Assembly (NCBI RefSeq): GCF_000315625.1
Contig: NW_005434572.1
Span: 133,430-173,495, forward strand
DNA: 40,066 bases
Direction: 5' to 3'
Source: Guillardia theta CCMP2712
Lineage: Eukaryota > Protista > Cryptophyta
The position numbers were made by a program, and so were the translations under genes. Shown here piece after piece: positions 13,156 to 23,408 of the stretch (positions are counted from its first letter, which is position 1; each line of letters starts with the position of its first letter). The notes beneath the pieces were generated by a model. That model had not been told where the DNA came from, did no database searches, and saw only the letters and a list, made by a program, of their open reading frames with translations.

Positions 13156-14979
13156 TCACAGTTTCCTCTCCTCCTCCTCTTCCTCTTCCTCCTCCTCCTC
13201 CTCTCCGTCTATCTCCTCGTGTGCTTCTACTTCGCCCGTTGTGCCATTGCTCATGCTGAGGAGCTCTTTTTGTCTCCTTCGGATCGCTCGCTTGTAGTGA
13301 ATGGTCTGCCATTTCGTCAGCCTCATTCTCATCATCACAACATCTCAAACCTTGGGCCTGCGCCTCAGGTGCCAAACTCTCGACTGCGGGCAGAGGAAGC
13401 AGCAGCATCAGGTCAACCAGCGAAGGTGGGAAGGGGAGGAGAGAGGGATAGTAAGGCGAAGGACAGGGAAGGAGCAACGAAGGACCGGCAAGTGGTGAAG
13501 TAGGGGAGGGGGGCGGAAGAGGAACATGGAGGGAGCGGGTGTGTACCAGGTGAGGAGGAAGGGGATTGCCAACTTCGGAAGGTCTCTGCGGTCTGGTCTT
13601 GACCGGAATGTCTCCATGGCCCAACCGCAGGACGACGATAGGCTGAGGCATCTCAGTTGAGAGAGACAAGGAGAGTGAGGGGAGGACAGGACAGGACAGG
13701 ACAGGACAGTGCTGGACAGGTCAGGAAGAGAGATAGAGAGGAAGTGGACGGGAGAAGAGTGGTGAGGCAAGGCAAGATCAATAGATCCTCACAGGATCTT
13801 CCGGACGAACGAGAGCGAGTCGTTCCTCCAAGGAGAGCTTGTGGAACTCTATCCAGTCATCTCCTCTCGCAGTCTCCTCTGTGAAGTGTGAGCACACGAG
13901 GGAGGAGGGAGAAATCCTGAGGGGGCGGAGGGGAGGGAGGGAACTCACCAGAGAGAGGATCGAGGTTGACCCTGCAGAATTTCCTCAGCTTCTTCGACAT
14001 GATGCTGCAAGATGATCATCTCAGTGCAGGATGTATTCCTTTCCTCTTCCTCTCCCTCCCTCCCTCGTTTCCTCCCTCTCTTCTTGCTCCTGTTTCCGCT
14101 GCCCTCCTCCCTCTTCTACACCCCCTGCTCCCCACTTCCTTACGGGTCAATCCAAATTTCAGGTCTATCTGTCAGGCGAATGTAGGGAAGGAGCTCGTGC
14201 TTGACGTGTCTCTTCATCTTCATATGCCGCAGGCAGCGCCGCCAGGAGCGGAAACGAGCATCGCAGCAGGGACATGCGTACCGCTGCTGCTCAGGGGGCA
14301 GAACCTTCTCCTCCTCCTCCTCGTACGACATCCCCCATGGCCCGTACAGGACAGCATCCTGGGAGAGCTTTCCATAGGCTTCAAGAGGAAGAGGAGGCGG
14401 GGAGGAGGTGGATATCAGCACCTCGTGCCTCACAGCGACCCCGCTCTCCTCTGTCCTGTGAAGCACCAACTTTCGCTCCATGCCGATGGCGCCGCACATC
14501 AGCCTGGCGATGAAGTTGGGAGGAAGAGCTTCGACTTTCCACCCGTCCACCTCCACCAGCTCGTCGCCGACCTCCACCTTCCCGCTCTGCTCTGCTGCGC
14601 TGCCCCTCACGATGCCTACGACGAACACTCTCCGCTCCCTGTACTCGAGCACGAGCCCGATCCCTCCCTGCCGTTTCGTCTTGTTGTACGTCTTCCCGTT
14701 CCTCACAATAGGAGGACCGTCAATCCATGCAGGAGGTATCGCTTGCCTTCCTGCCTTGGAGGGGTCGGAGGGTCCCGCCATGCCACGTTCTCCATAGCCG
14801 CGGGTGCGGGGCTCCCACGTGCGATGGGAGGAGAAGGGTCGTGTCCATGGTCTTGCGTCGATCGCTCGATGGAACATGTTGCTTGCAATCATCGGATGCG
14901 ACCTCGCCCTCGCACACACGCGCATGCCTCTCAGCCATGCCTCCGCCCTGCCCGCCATCGCTATCCGCCCTCCTGCCAT
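13156..14979 (-). CDS. PDZ domain + C2H2 zinc-finger protein with an organelle-targeting-like N-terminus
   Basis: PDZ GGIGLVLEYRERRVFVVGIVRGSAAEQSGKVEVGDELVEVDG; C2H2 YACPCCDARFRSWRRCLRHMKMKRH; downstream small exons ending ...TIHYKRAIRRRQKELL...EEEERKL* at 13156. Internal exon boundaries are approximate. Confidence 0.75.
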
Positions 14980-15149
14980 GACCAGTTGCTGCCCCCGCTG
15001 TCTTTTTTGCTCTGCAACTTTCAATTAGTCGATTTTCTCTGTCTTGGGTCATACCTAGCTGCCTTTTTATTTGATAACAAAAAACGACATATATCTTGAT
15101 GCCTTGCAAAGGAAATAAGAATTGTAATGAGGCGGACTCATATATTTCA

Positions 15150-15732
15150 CTTACCACCCCTACCCCAATTCTCCACATATTCCACCCCATTCTTTCCCTG
15201 CAAAATCACCGGTACCAAGTCATCTTCAATACCCCACGTGTTCATCACCCCACCCTCCTATGGTTCATGACTTGTGGTGTCTACCCCTACCCCTATTTCC
15301 GTAGAGTATTCAGGGGCTCTCCTTCTGAGCTGTGACTAGGGGTGTGTACCCCTACCCCCTTCAAGGTGCTTTCGTAATCGAGCTGTGACTTGTAGGGGTG
15401 GATCCTACCCCAGGATCCAGATGCTTCATGGATGGGTGGTGACCCCTACCCCCCCCATCCAACTCCCCACCTACCCCCCTCCTCCCTCTTCATACCAGCT
15501 CCAGATTGAGTACCTGCCCCCACCCCTCTGAATCAGCAGGCTGTGACTGATGCTAGCACCCCTGATTTCGGTATTCGTGAGCTGTGACCTGGGGTACTAC
15601 CCCCTACCACTTTATTTAGCGAGAATGACCCTCTAATTACTAGTGGCTGTGACTGGGATTACTACCCCCCACCAGGATCTTGCATGACCCCACCCCCGAT
15701 GATGTGACAGGGGTTGATCCCCTTTTACCCCT
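15150..15732 (+). repeat. Degenerate ~55-bp-period array, (GC)TGTGAC-N-GGGGT..ACCCC, in a TACCCC-rich island
   Basis: GCTGTGAC at ~15329, 15382, 15540, 15581 and 15646, and TGTGAC at 15703. Most copies are followed by a GGGG..CCCC inverted repeat. Confidence 0.75.
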
Positions 15733-15950
15733 TCCGTTCGGGTCATCTTCCAACAATTTCAGCCCGTTGGATAAAATCTGAAATATTGTTACTAAATTTC
15801 AAACCGTAACTATAATTTCTTCGAAGTTCTCGAAGGGATGGATCCAAGGGGGCTGCCGGCCGCATCTTTAAAAATACTTTTACAATTTAAAAATACTTGT
15901 AGCCTGGCCCCCTCCTCCCCTCCCCCCCGAAATCATCGCCTCCCCTTTCC

Positions 15951-15959
15951 CATATAAAC
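15951..15959 (+). promoter_or_regulatory. Putative TATA box (CATATAAAC) upstream of the 16179 gene
   Basis: TATAAA in a C-rich context ~225 nt before the ATG, followed by a pyrimidine-rich leader. Confidence 0.4.
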
Positions 15960-16178
15960 ATCCGCCCCTTGCTCCCTCCTCCCACTTCGCTTCACCGCTC
16001 TCCTCCTCCACGCTCTCTTACCAGCTCCTCCCTCCTCCTTCCTCCTCCTCTCATCCTTGAGAACTCCTACGCACAGCTCTTTCAACCCCTCGCTGCTGAC
16101 CGCATCCTCCATTTGAGCCGTTTCGTACTCTCAAACCGCGTTGAATCTTCCAAAACAAAGTCTTGAAACCAGAACAAC

Positions 16179-16610
16179 ATGAACCGAGCCGCCCGTATCG
16201 CAAGTCCCATGCTCAAGAGCCTCCGTGTCCTTTCCTCAAGGGCCTTCTCCTCACATGCTCCCAGCCTCGACGCGATCCTGGGAGGGGACCTGAGTATGGG
16301 CCCAATCTCCCAACGACCTGCCGCCATCCCGGCTGTGCATGTTGAAGAGAAGCCGACGGACAACGTCCTCGAGTCAGCGTTCCTGCATTGCGATGCTCTA
16401 GAGCAGGCGCAGATGAAGGACCGGGCCTACGTGCTCTCCATGGCGGAGTCGCTGCTGGGACAGGCCAGCGCCAACTGGAGCCTGGAGTTCACGACGCTCA
16501 AGTTCGAGGAGCAGCAGGCGAATGCTCACCAAGTGGTCTCCTACCAGGAAAGGCGGCACTGGGACCTTGCTCTCCAGCTCGCCTGCGGGCCCTCCTGCAT
16601 GCGCCACTAG
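16179..16610 (+). CDS. Intronless 143-aa hypothetical protein with a mitochondrial-like presequence
   Basis: MNRAARIASPMLKSLRVLSSRAFSS (classic R-x-F-S-S cleavage-like site), strong GC3 bias, AATAAA at ~16697. Confidence 0.75.
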   Translation: MNRAARIASPMLKSLRVLSSRAFSSHAPSLDAILGGDLSMGPISQRPAAIPAVHVEEKPTDNVLESAFLHCDALEQAQMKDRAYVLSMAESLLGQASANWSLEFTTLKFEEQQANAHQVVSYQERRHWDLALQLACGPSCMRH

Positions 16611-16857
16611 ACGATCGTTGTGCCGCCTTGTATTCTTCTCCTCCTCTTCCCTCCCTCCGCTCAGAAAAAGTTTTTCTTGATATTGCTTGCTTGTTCAATA
16701 AAGATTTTCCCGTAGACACAACTTATGCTGGTCCTTCATGGGTACCCTTGAAACATGNNNNNNNNNNNNNNNNNNNNNNNNNNNNNNNNNNNNNNNNNNN
16801 NNNNNNNNNNNNNNNNNNNNNNNNNNNNNNNNNNNNNNNNNNNNNNNNNNNNNNNNN

Positions 16858-17579
16858 GAGGGAGTAGAAGGAGCGGAGGAGGGAGAAAGAAGAAATTACA
16901 GAAGGGGCAGATGAGGGATTGAGGGGATGAAACGTAGGTAGAAGGGAGGATAAGGGGAGAGGAGGGAGAGGGGGAGAGGGGGGGATAGGGCAGAAATGGA
17001 GGATTTTCAAGGAGGTTGGGGCTGAAGGGAGCAAGAGGAAAACGTAAGGAAGAAAGGAGAAATGGACTGAGGACAAAGCAAAAGGAGGAGGAAAAAAGGA
17101 CGGGAGGAAGAAGGATGAGGGGGGGGAGGGGAAGCGATGCAGGGGGGAGAAGGAGTCACGAAGGACCTTGGGTTTTCCTCCAACGTGAATGATTCTCGTG
17201 TAACAATTGGGCTCGCAGGAGTGATTGATGTAGCTGAGATGCGAGTGAGAGGTAGATGGACTGAGAGGAGGCAGGGGAAGGAGGCAGGAGGCAGGAGGCA
17301 GGAGGCAGGAGGCAGGAGGGAGGAAAGGGGGCAGGAGGCAGGCAGCAAACAAGGGGAAGGAGGGAGGAGGCAGGAGGCAGGAGGGAGGAGGGAGGAGGGA
17401 GGAGGGAGGAGGGAGGGGTACCGGGCCCGAGATCCGCAGTGAGTAGCATCGATAACTTGTGACTTGCTGACTCGGAACATGTAGGAGGAGCCCATGCCGC
17501 TCCTCTCGTACATCTTCTCTCTCTTCTCGCACACCTGTAAGAGCACGTCAGATAACGAGCAGCAGGATCAGGAGGAGCG

Positions 17580-17618
<39 letters not shown>

Positions 17619-20600
17619 TCAGGACGAGCAGGAGGAGGAGAAGCAGGAGGAGCATGAGCAGGAGCAGGAGCAGGAGGAAGAAGGAACAGCAGGAGCGTCA
17701 ACAGGAGGGCAGAAGGACGAACAGCAAGAGCAGCAGCAGCAGCAGAAGCAGAAGCAGCAGCAGCAGCAGGTCCTTTCCTTGTTCGAGATCAACTCTCCCT
17801 TGTACTCGATCACCATCTCCTCGGGCTCGATCACCTCGTCTGCGTACAACCCCCATCCTGCATGCAGACTTGTAAGCTTGTGCAATCCCTCCTCCCAACC
17901 TTGCCCGTCTGCTCTCCTGCCCTCCTCATTCTCCCTCCCTCCTCACTCTTCCTCGAGCCTCCGTTTTTCTTCTCCTATCGTCTATCCTCCTCTCCTCCTC
18001 TCCTCCTCTCCTCCTCTCCTCCTCTCCTCCTCTCTCCAACCTTCTCCCTTTGCTCCTTCCTCCTCTCATCTCTCCTCCTCCTCTACCATGGATCGCGCTC
18101 TTGCGGAAGGAGAGCCTCTTCACGCGGGACTTGAGCTGGTCGAACCGGAACGCATCGCTGCTGATCGAGCTCGTGACAGTCGCCTGCTTCCTCGTTGCTC
18201 GTCTGTTCGCTCTCTCCCACGACGACCCTTGCTTCCCATGCACCTGATACATCTCCTCCTCCTGCACCTTCACCGGCTCCTTGCTGCGAGACAGCGGGTG
18301 ATTAAACTGCAGATACTTCACTTTAGTCTCCCATGGAATTGGCCGGTACCCCATCGCCCGCTGGCAACCTTCCTCGCTCGCTCCCCCATCCTCCGCGTGC
18401 CCCGGCCTCTTCCTCCTCTCCTCCTCTCCCGCCTGCTTCTTGACTAGCCTCCTCCTCATCACCAGGGAGCAAGGGACTTTTCTCTCCTGCGCTTGCTGCA
18501 CGAAGAATATGTGGTAGGAGCCGTCCTTGAACACGTCCAGCACCAGAGCTTGCAAACGTCTCCCGTCCTCTCCCTTCACGTCCACCTCGCTGCCCTTGGG
18601 GTACCGCACGTCAGCAGGGCGGACGACGGAGAAGGGGGGCAGCGAGCATGGCTCCGCCCACTGTAGCCGCAAGTCCCCGTTACCCTCGAAGCAGGCCACC
18701 ACTCCATGCTGGAAAGACCCGTCCTCCCTCCTTGCGCTGACCTCGTTCCCGACCTTGATGTCGATGTGCCGGAAGCTCTGTCCCCTGTCCTCCAGCGCCT
18801 CCCTGCTCCTCCTCCCCCTTCCCTGCCCCACGAGAGGGAGAGCATTCAGAGGGTCTCCAGGAAGCCGCACCTCGGGCAGACAGCCCGCAGCCTCCTGCTC
18901 CTGTGGACAGCTATCCTTGTTCGACTTCCTTTTCTTGGACGGTCGGAAAGTAGCCGCCGGTTCGACCTGCTCCATCTTCTTCTCCTTCTTCATCCTTTTG
19001 GTTTCTACCTTGCCCGCATCCTTCGAAGCTGGAGGAGGAGGAGGAGACAGAGGGGGAGGAACAGCGGCGGCGGCGGCGGCAGCAGCAGCATCTTGTCTGT
19101 CCGTCTTCTTGACTTCCCAGAGAGGGAGATCATCACCTGAGCTCTCGTAGATCGCTTTATTTCCCGCCCCTCCCCCTCCTGTCGCTGACTTGACCGCTAG
19201 CGTCGAGCTCGATGACTTCTTCGACTTCCTCCTGCTGCAAGCCGGCACACCATCTCGTCGCTCCTCCTCCACTTCCTCCTCGCCCTGCGCTCTCCTCTTT
19301 GCCGGAACTCTGGCCACCTTCTCCGCCTCCTCCTCCTTCTCCAGTTGCGCAGATTTCCTCTGTTTTCCCTCTTCTTTTGCCCATTTTTCTGATCTTTCTT
19401 GCTTATTCCCGTTCTTTTGCACTTTCTTCGGATTTTTGCGCTCGCGTGATTCCTTCCTCGCCTTATCCTCCTCTTTTTCCTTCTCCTCATCTATCTTGCC
19501 GCCCCTCTTCTCCTCCTGTACTGTAGCAGTCCACTTCCCCTTGCCCTTGCCCTTGTTCTTCCCTTTGCCATTCTCCCTGTGGTCCGCCCCCTGCTTCTCC
19601 TTTCCCTTGCCCTCCTCCTTCTTCTCCTTCTCCTCCTTCTTCTCATTCTCGTTTTTCTTGCCACGTACTTTCTCTTTTTCGTGCTCCTTCTGCTTTCCCT
19701 CCTGTTTGTCTCGCTTTCGCTCTTTCTCGATATCCTTCTTCCTCACTTTATCTTTCTCATTCTCTGCCTCTTTCTCCATTCCTCTCTGCTTCCCGTCCTC
19801 CTTGTGTTTAAAAACATCTTTCTCCTTCCTGTGCTCTGTTTCTCCATCTTTCTGCTCTTTGCTCGTGTTCCTCCCTTTTTTCTCTCCCTTCAACTCCTTC
19901 TTCTCCTTCCCCTCCCCCTTCTCCTCTCCTCCTCTCTTGTCTTTCTCGCCTCCATCTTGCACCTTCGCACAACCGTCCTCCTTCCTCGCACGCGACCTCT
20001 CATCCTCCTCCCTTCCAGCGTGTCCTACACATCTCACACCTTCCACCGCCCTCGGCTCCCGCAGCTCCTGCTGGACGTGCGACGTCTCCTCGACCCTCTT
20101 CTTGCTCGCATCATGAGCAGGCAAGTCCGATGTTCTCCTCCCTCCTCCAGTAGCTGAACCAACAGGATTGCCCGACGCCGTCCAAGAATCCTTCGTAAGC
20201 TCCTCCATGCGCCTTTGCGTTCGACTTTCCCCGGGCGCACAAGGAGCCGGTGCTGCGTCCTGCCCCTGACAAGTCTCAACCCTCAGGAAAATGACGTCAT
20301 CAGTAGCATCCTGCCCTGGCTCCTCTTGACCACCAGTCGAGCTGCACTGCCCTGCTCCGTCCTCTTCAGATCGAGCAAGGATCGAAGATTCCGGGGTCTT
20401 TCCATGGTCCGGAGTTCCAATCTCTGCTCGCCCATCCTCGTTGTTGACTGCGCTAACGTTCTCCACCTCATGCGTCACGGTCTTTGAAAACAACCTCGCT
20501 CTCCTCGGAATGCTTCCTGGCAGGCTCGACGCCGCTCCAGTCGCGCGATCACTTTGTGAGCTTGATCGCACTGAGCCGACTCTCTTCACATCTGACAGAG

Positions 20601-23088
20601 TTGTCGTGACAGCAGTCCTTTCTGTGGACAGGTTCGGAGGTTCAGCGACAAAAAGCTTCTGACGGGGATCTTTCCCTCCTCCTTCCGATGGCTCCGGCTG
20701 ATCAGAACCCCCCTGTCAAGAATGCCTCTCAGCACAGAGCAGGAAAGGCAATCACAGAAGATCCTCACAGCACAATCTCTCTCCCTCCCCTTTGCAAGTT
20801 GCATGCTGCCATCCTCCTTCGTCGCAGTGGGAGGACAGGAGGCGCAGTCGGTCTGTATCATGCAGGATGATCTTTCAGCAGGGAAAGGTCTGTGGTCATC
20901 AAGTGAGATTGAGAGTCAAAAGTCAAAAACTTCAAGAACCGTTCTGACGGGTGTGGTCGATCGTCCGGAATCCCTCCAGGAATGTCGCCGGCACGTTTCA
21001 CTCCGGTATCGGAGTGATGTACATGCTGTTGGTGATGGTGATGATGGTTACGTAGTTGTGGTTGTTGTGGTTGTGGTTGTTGTTGTTGTGGTTGTTGATG
21101 ATGATGATGATGATGATGTTGTTGTTGTTGTTGATGATGATGATGATGATGATGATGATGCAGTGATGTTTGTGGATACTGGTGCTGATTGTGATGATGG
21201 CGATTATTGCCACGGTGCTCATCGCGATTTCCATGGTCTGCATGACGTTCTTCGTTCCTGACACGATCTCTCCGATACCGACTAACTTCCTCGTATCCAT
21301 GAGAGTATCGATCGTCTCTGTCATGGAAACCTTCACGACTTCCGCTCCGATGATGGTGGTGCCCATAACGATGAATATCTCCATAGCTCCTGCTATGTCC
21401 CCTGACATGTTCACGGCCTCTTTCACGCTCTGTGTAGCGCTCGCCGTGTCTTTGACCATCTCTGCAACGTTCGAGTCATTCAACAACCACCCTTGCCCGC
21501 TCCAGGTTCCTACCGGCCCTCCGAGCGCCTCCGCTCCGCATGCTCCCGACCGTCCAGCTCTCGGTCGCGGGGCATCTGAGCTCTAGGTTGAGAATCGCTG
21601 TAACTAACAGAGCATCGCCCACCTTCGCATGCTGGTCATGGCGTCGACCATCGGACAGGAAGGAGCAGCTCTGTTCAAACATGCATGACGACGGGAGTGT
21701 GAAGTCATGGACATGGCCCACCCTTTCATAGTTGCGCTCTTCAACGCCCAACTCCCTGCTGTACCTCTCAGCGCTGCTGCCTCTGTTCACGATGCAACGG
21801 CCAGTGTTCTTGTGCTACACATCGCTTCATCACGATCGTTGCGAGCAGACGAGTCGCAAACCTGTTGAGAGTGACGCCAAGAATCGTCTCTGTCGGGGTA
21901 TCGCCGATCATCTGGTCGATGACATCCTGCCACATGCTGCTCTCTGTGCGCAGACCCGACGAGGTCATTCTTCGCTCGTTCAAACCTCCACCAACCATCT
22001 GCACACGAAAAACTTCATCAACTCTCCTCTCCCCTCCCTTCTCCTCCCCTCCTCCGCCTTGCTCTCCTCTCCTCTCCTCTCCTCTCCTCTCCTCTCCTCT
22101 CCCTTCCCATCCCATCCTCTCCGACTGGTAGCTTCAGAGTTCAGACGTCACCTTGCGAGGAACTCTCATGGTGAAATCTGCCAAAGCGCATCAGTCGCCA
22201 TCCTCCTCGTCCTACTCCACTCGGCTGAACCTGTTCAAGGGTCGATCGGGTTGCGCCCTTTGGCCCTCTTGCTCGCCTTCCCTTCGACGAGTTGAGACGT
22301 CGTCAGGGCGAGGCCGCTTGCGAGAGCTCTCATGATCGTGACTGCCACTACCCAACATCACTCGCAGCTTCCTTGAGGCCAGAGCATGCCGTCACTCACT
22401 TCCTGCTGTCTCGATCGCTCTTTCCTTCCCCCCACCTTCGCTGACCATGGTTCTCGCTATGGTTGCAACCGTGCTGAGGGAAGCGATCAGGGAAGGGCAG
22501 AGGAGGATACTTCCCTCCTACTTACATTCTCGTTCGACTTGACCTGCCCGCTCGCACCTCCCTGAGGATCTGAGCAGAAATACGACTTGATCCGGCTGCT
22601 GATTTGGACGACTGCCTGTATCCTGCCTTCGCTCCCTTTGAGTGAGATAACTCAGTCACTGCATGCTGGAAATCATTCGTCGTCGTTACCTACGAAAGAT
22701 TTCTTGATGATCGCGTCTGCAAACTTTTGATTGTCTCGGAAAATCTTCTCCAAATGGAACTGAGGGGTTGTAAATGTCAGCTGGGTATCGTCATCAGCAC
22801 AGCAAGAAGCATGAACAACCAGGTCATCTTTCTCGAAGTCGCTCTTCTTAAGCTGATAACCCTCGAGCAAGCTGTGCAGAGAGTCTCTGCATGGCGGCAT
22901 ATCAGCCTTCCGCCGTTCCGATCCCCCCTGCGAGCATAGCGCGGATTCCATAATCTTCTCCTCAACTCAGGGCCATGTGCCCAGAAGCTCCAAGGATCGG
23001 CCAGCAAGCTTCAACCATGTTCGCTTCCTCCTTCGAGCCGCATAGGAGGAGCGAACGCTCCGTCGTAACCTCCCCCCTTGTCCGCCAT
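16858..23088 (-). CDS. SET1: SET1/SETD1-type histone H3K4 methyltransferase (C-terminal SET/post-SET exons lost in gap 16758-16857)
   Basis: Win-like GCQRAMGY, RANRR basic motif, FRFDQLKSRVKRLSFRKSAIHGWGLYA...MVIEYKGELI...SSYMFRV...IDATHCGSRARYINHSCEPNC. Upstream are tandem Tudor/Agenet-like folds, a KE-rich region and a poly-H/Q region. Whether the exons at 21500-23088 belong to this gene is less certain. Confidence 0.85.
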
Positions 23089-23261
23089 TGCGTCGACCCA
23101 CAACCCGTCAGAGCATGCCCACGCCCAACCACTACCCCCGCCCTCCACCACCCCACCCATTCTCGGACAACCACCCCTGGTAAGGGCACTTTGAAAAATC
23201 TTTCCACGAGGGGTGTGTATTTGTGCTGAAGGGGTAGGGTGGGGGTAGTCATAATGCGATA

Positions 23262-23340
23262 TAACGGTAATAACGGCTTTAATAACAACTGCCTGGAAAG
23301 TGTAACGGTGCAGGTGTTCTCGTTACAAATTGAGTAACGG
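23262..23340 (+). promoter_or_regulatory. Cluster of four TAACGG (MYB-type YAACGG) sites in the SET1/eIF3i divergent promoter
   Basis: TAACGG at 23262, 23271, 23303 and 23335. Confidence 0.5.
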
Positions 23341-23408
23341 TTCTTTTTTGGGATGGTTTGTAGGGGGAGGAGGGCCAGGGAGGAGCGAAAGACACGCGGC
23401 ACGCGCGC

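Noticed and set aside
13966-15099. 377-aa plus-strand ORF
   Set aside because: Antisense shadow of the PDZ-C2H2 exon, which has recognisable domains.
15320-15732. CRISPR array interpretation of the repeat-spacer-like array
   Set aside because: Repeats are short and degenerate, spacing is irregular, there are no cas genes, and the context is eukaryotic. Kept only as an unexplained array.
16700-17170. SET1 pseudogene (missing SET C-terminus and post-SET)
   Set aside because: The missing exons coincide with an assembly gap (16758-16857), so their absence is uninformative.
19190-20157. F/S/L-rich plus-strand ORFs resembling membrane proteins
   Set aside because: Antisense of the KE-rich exon of the SET1-like gene.
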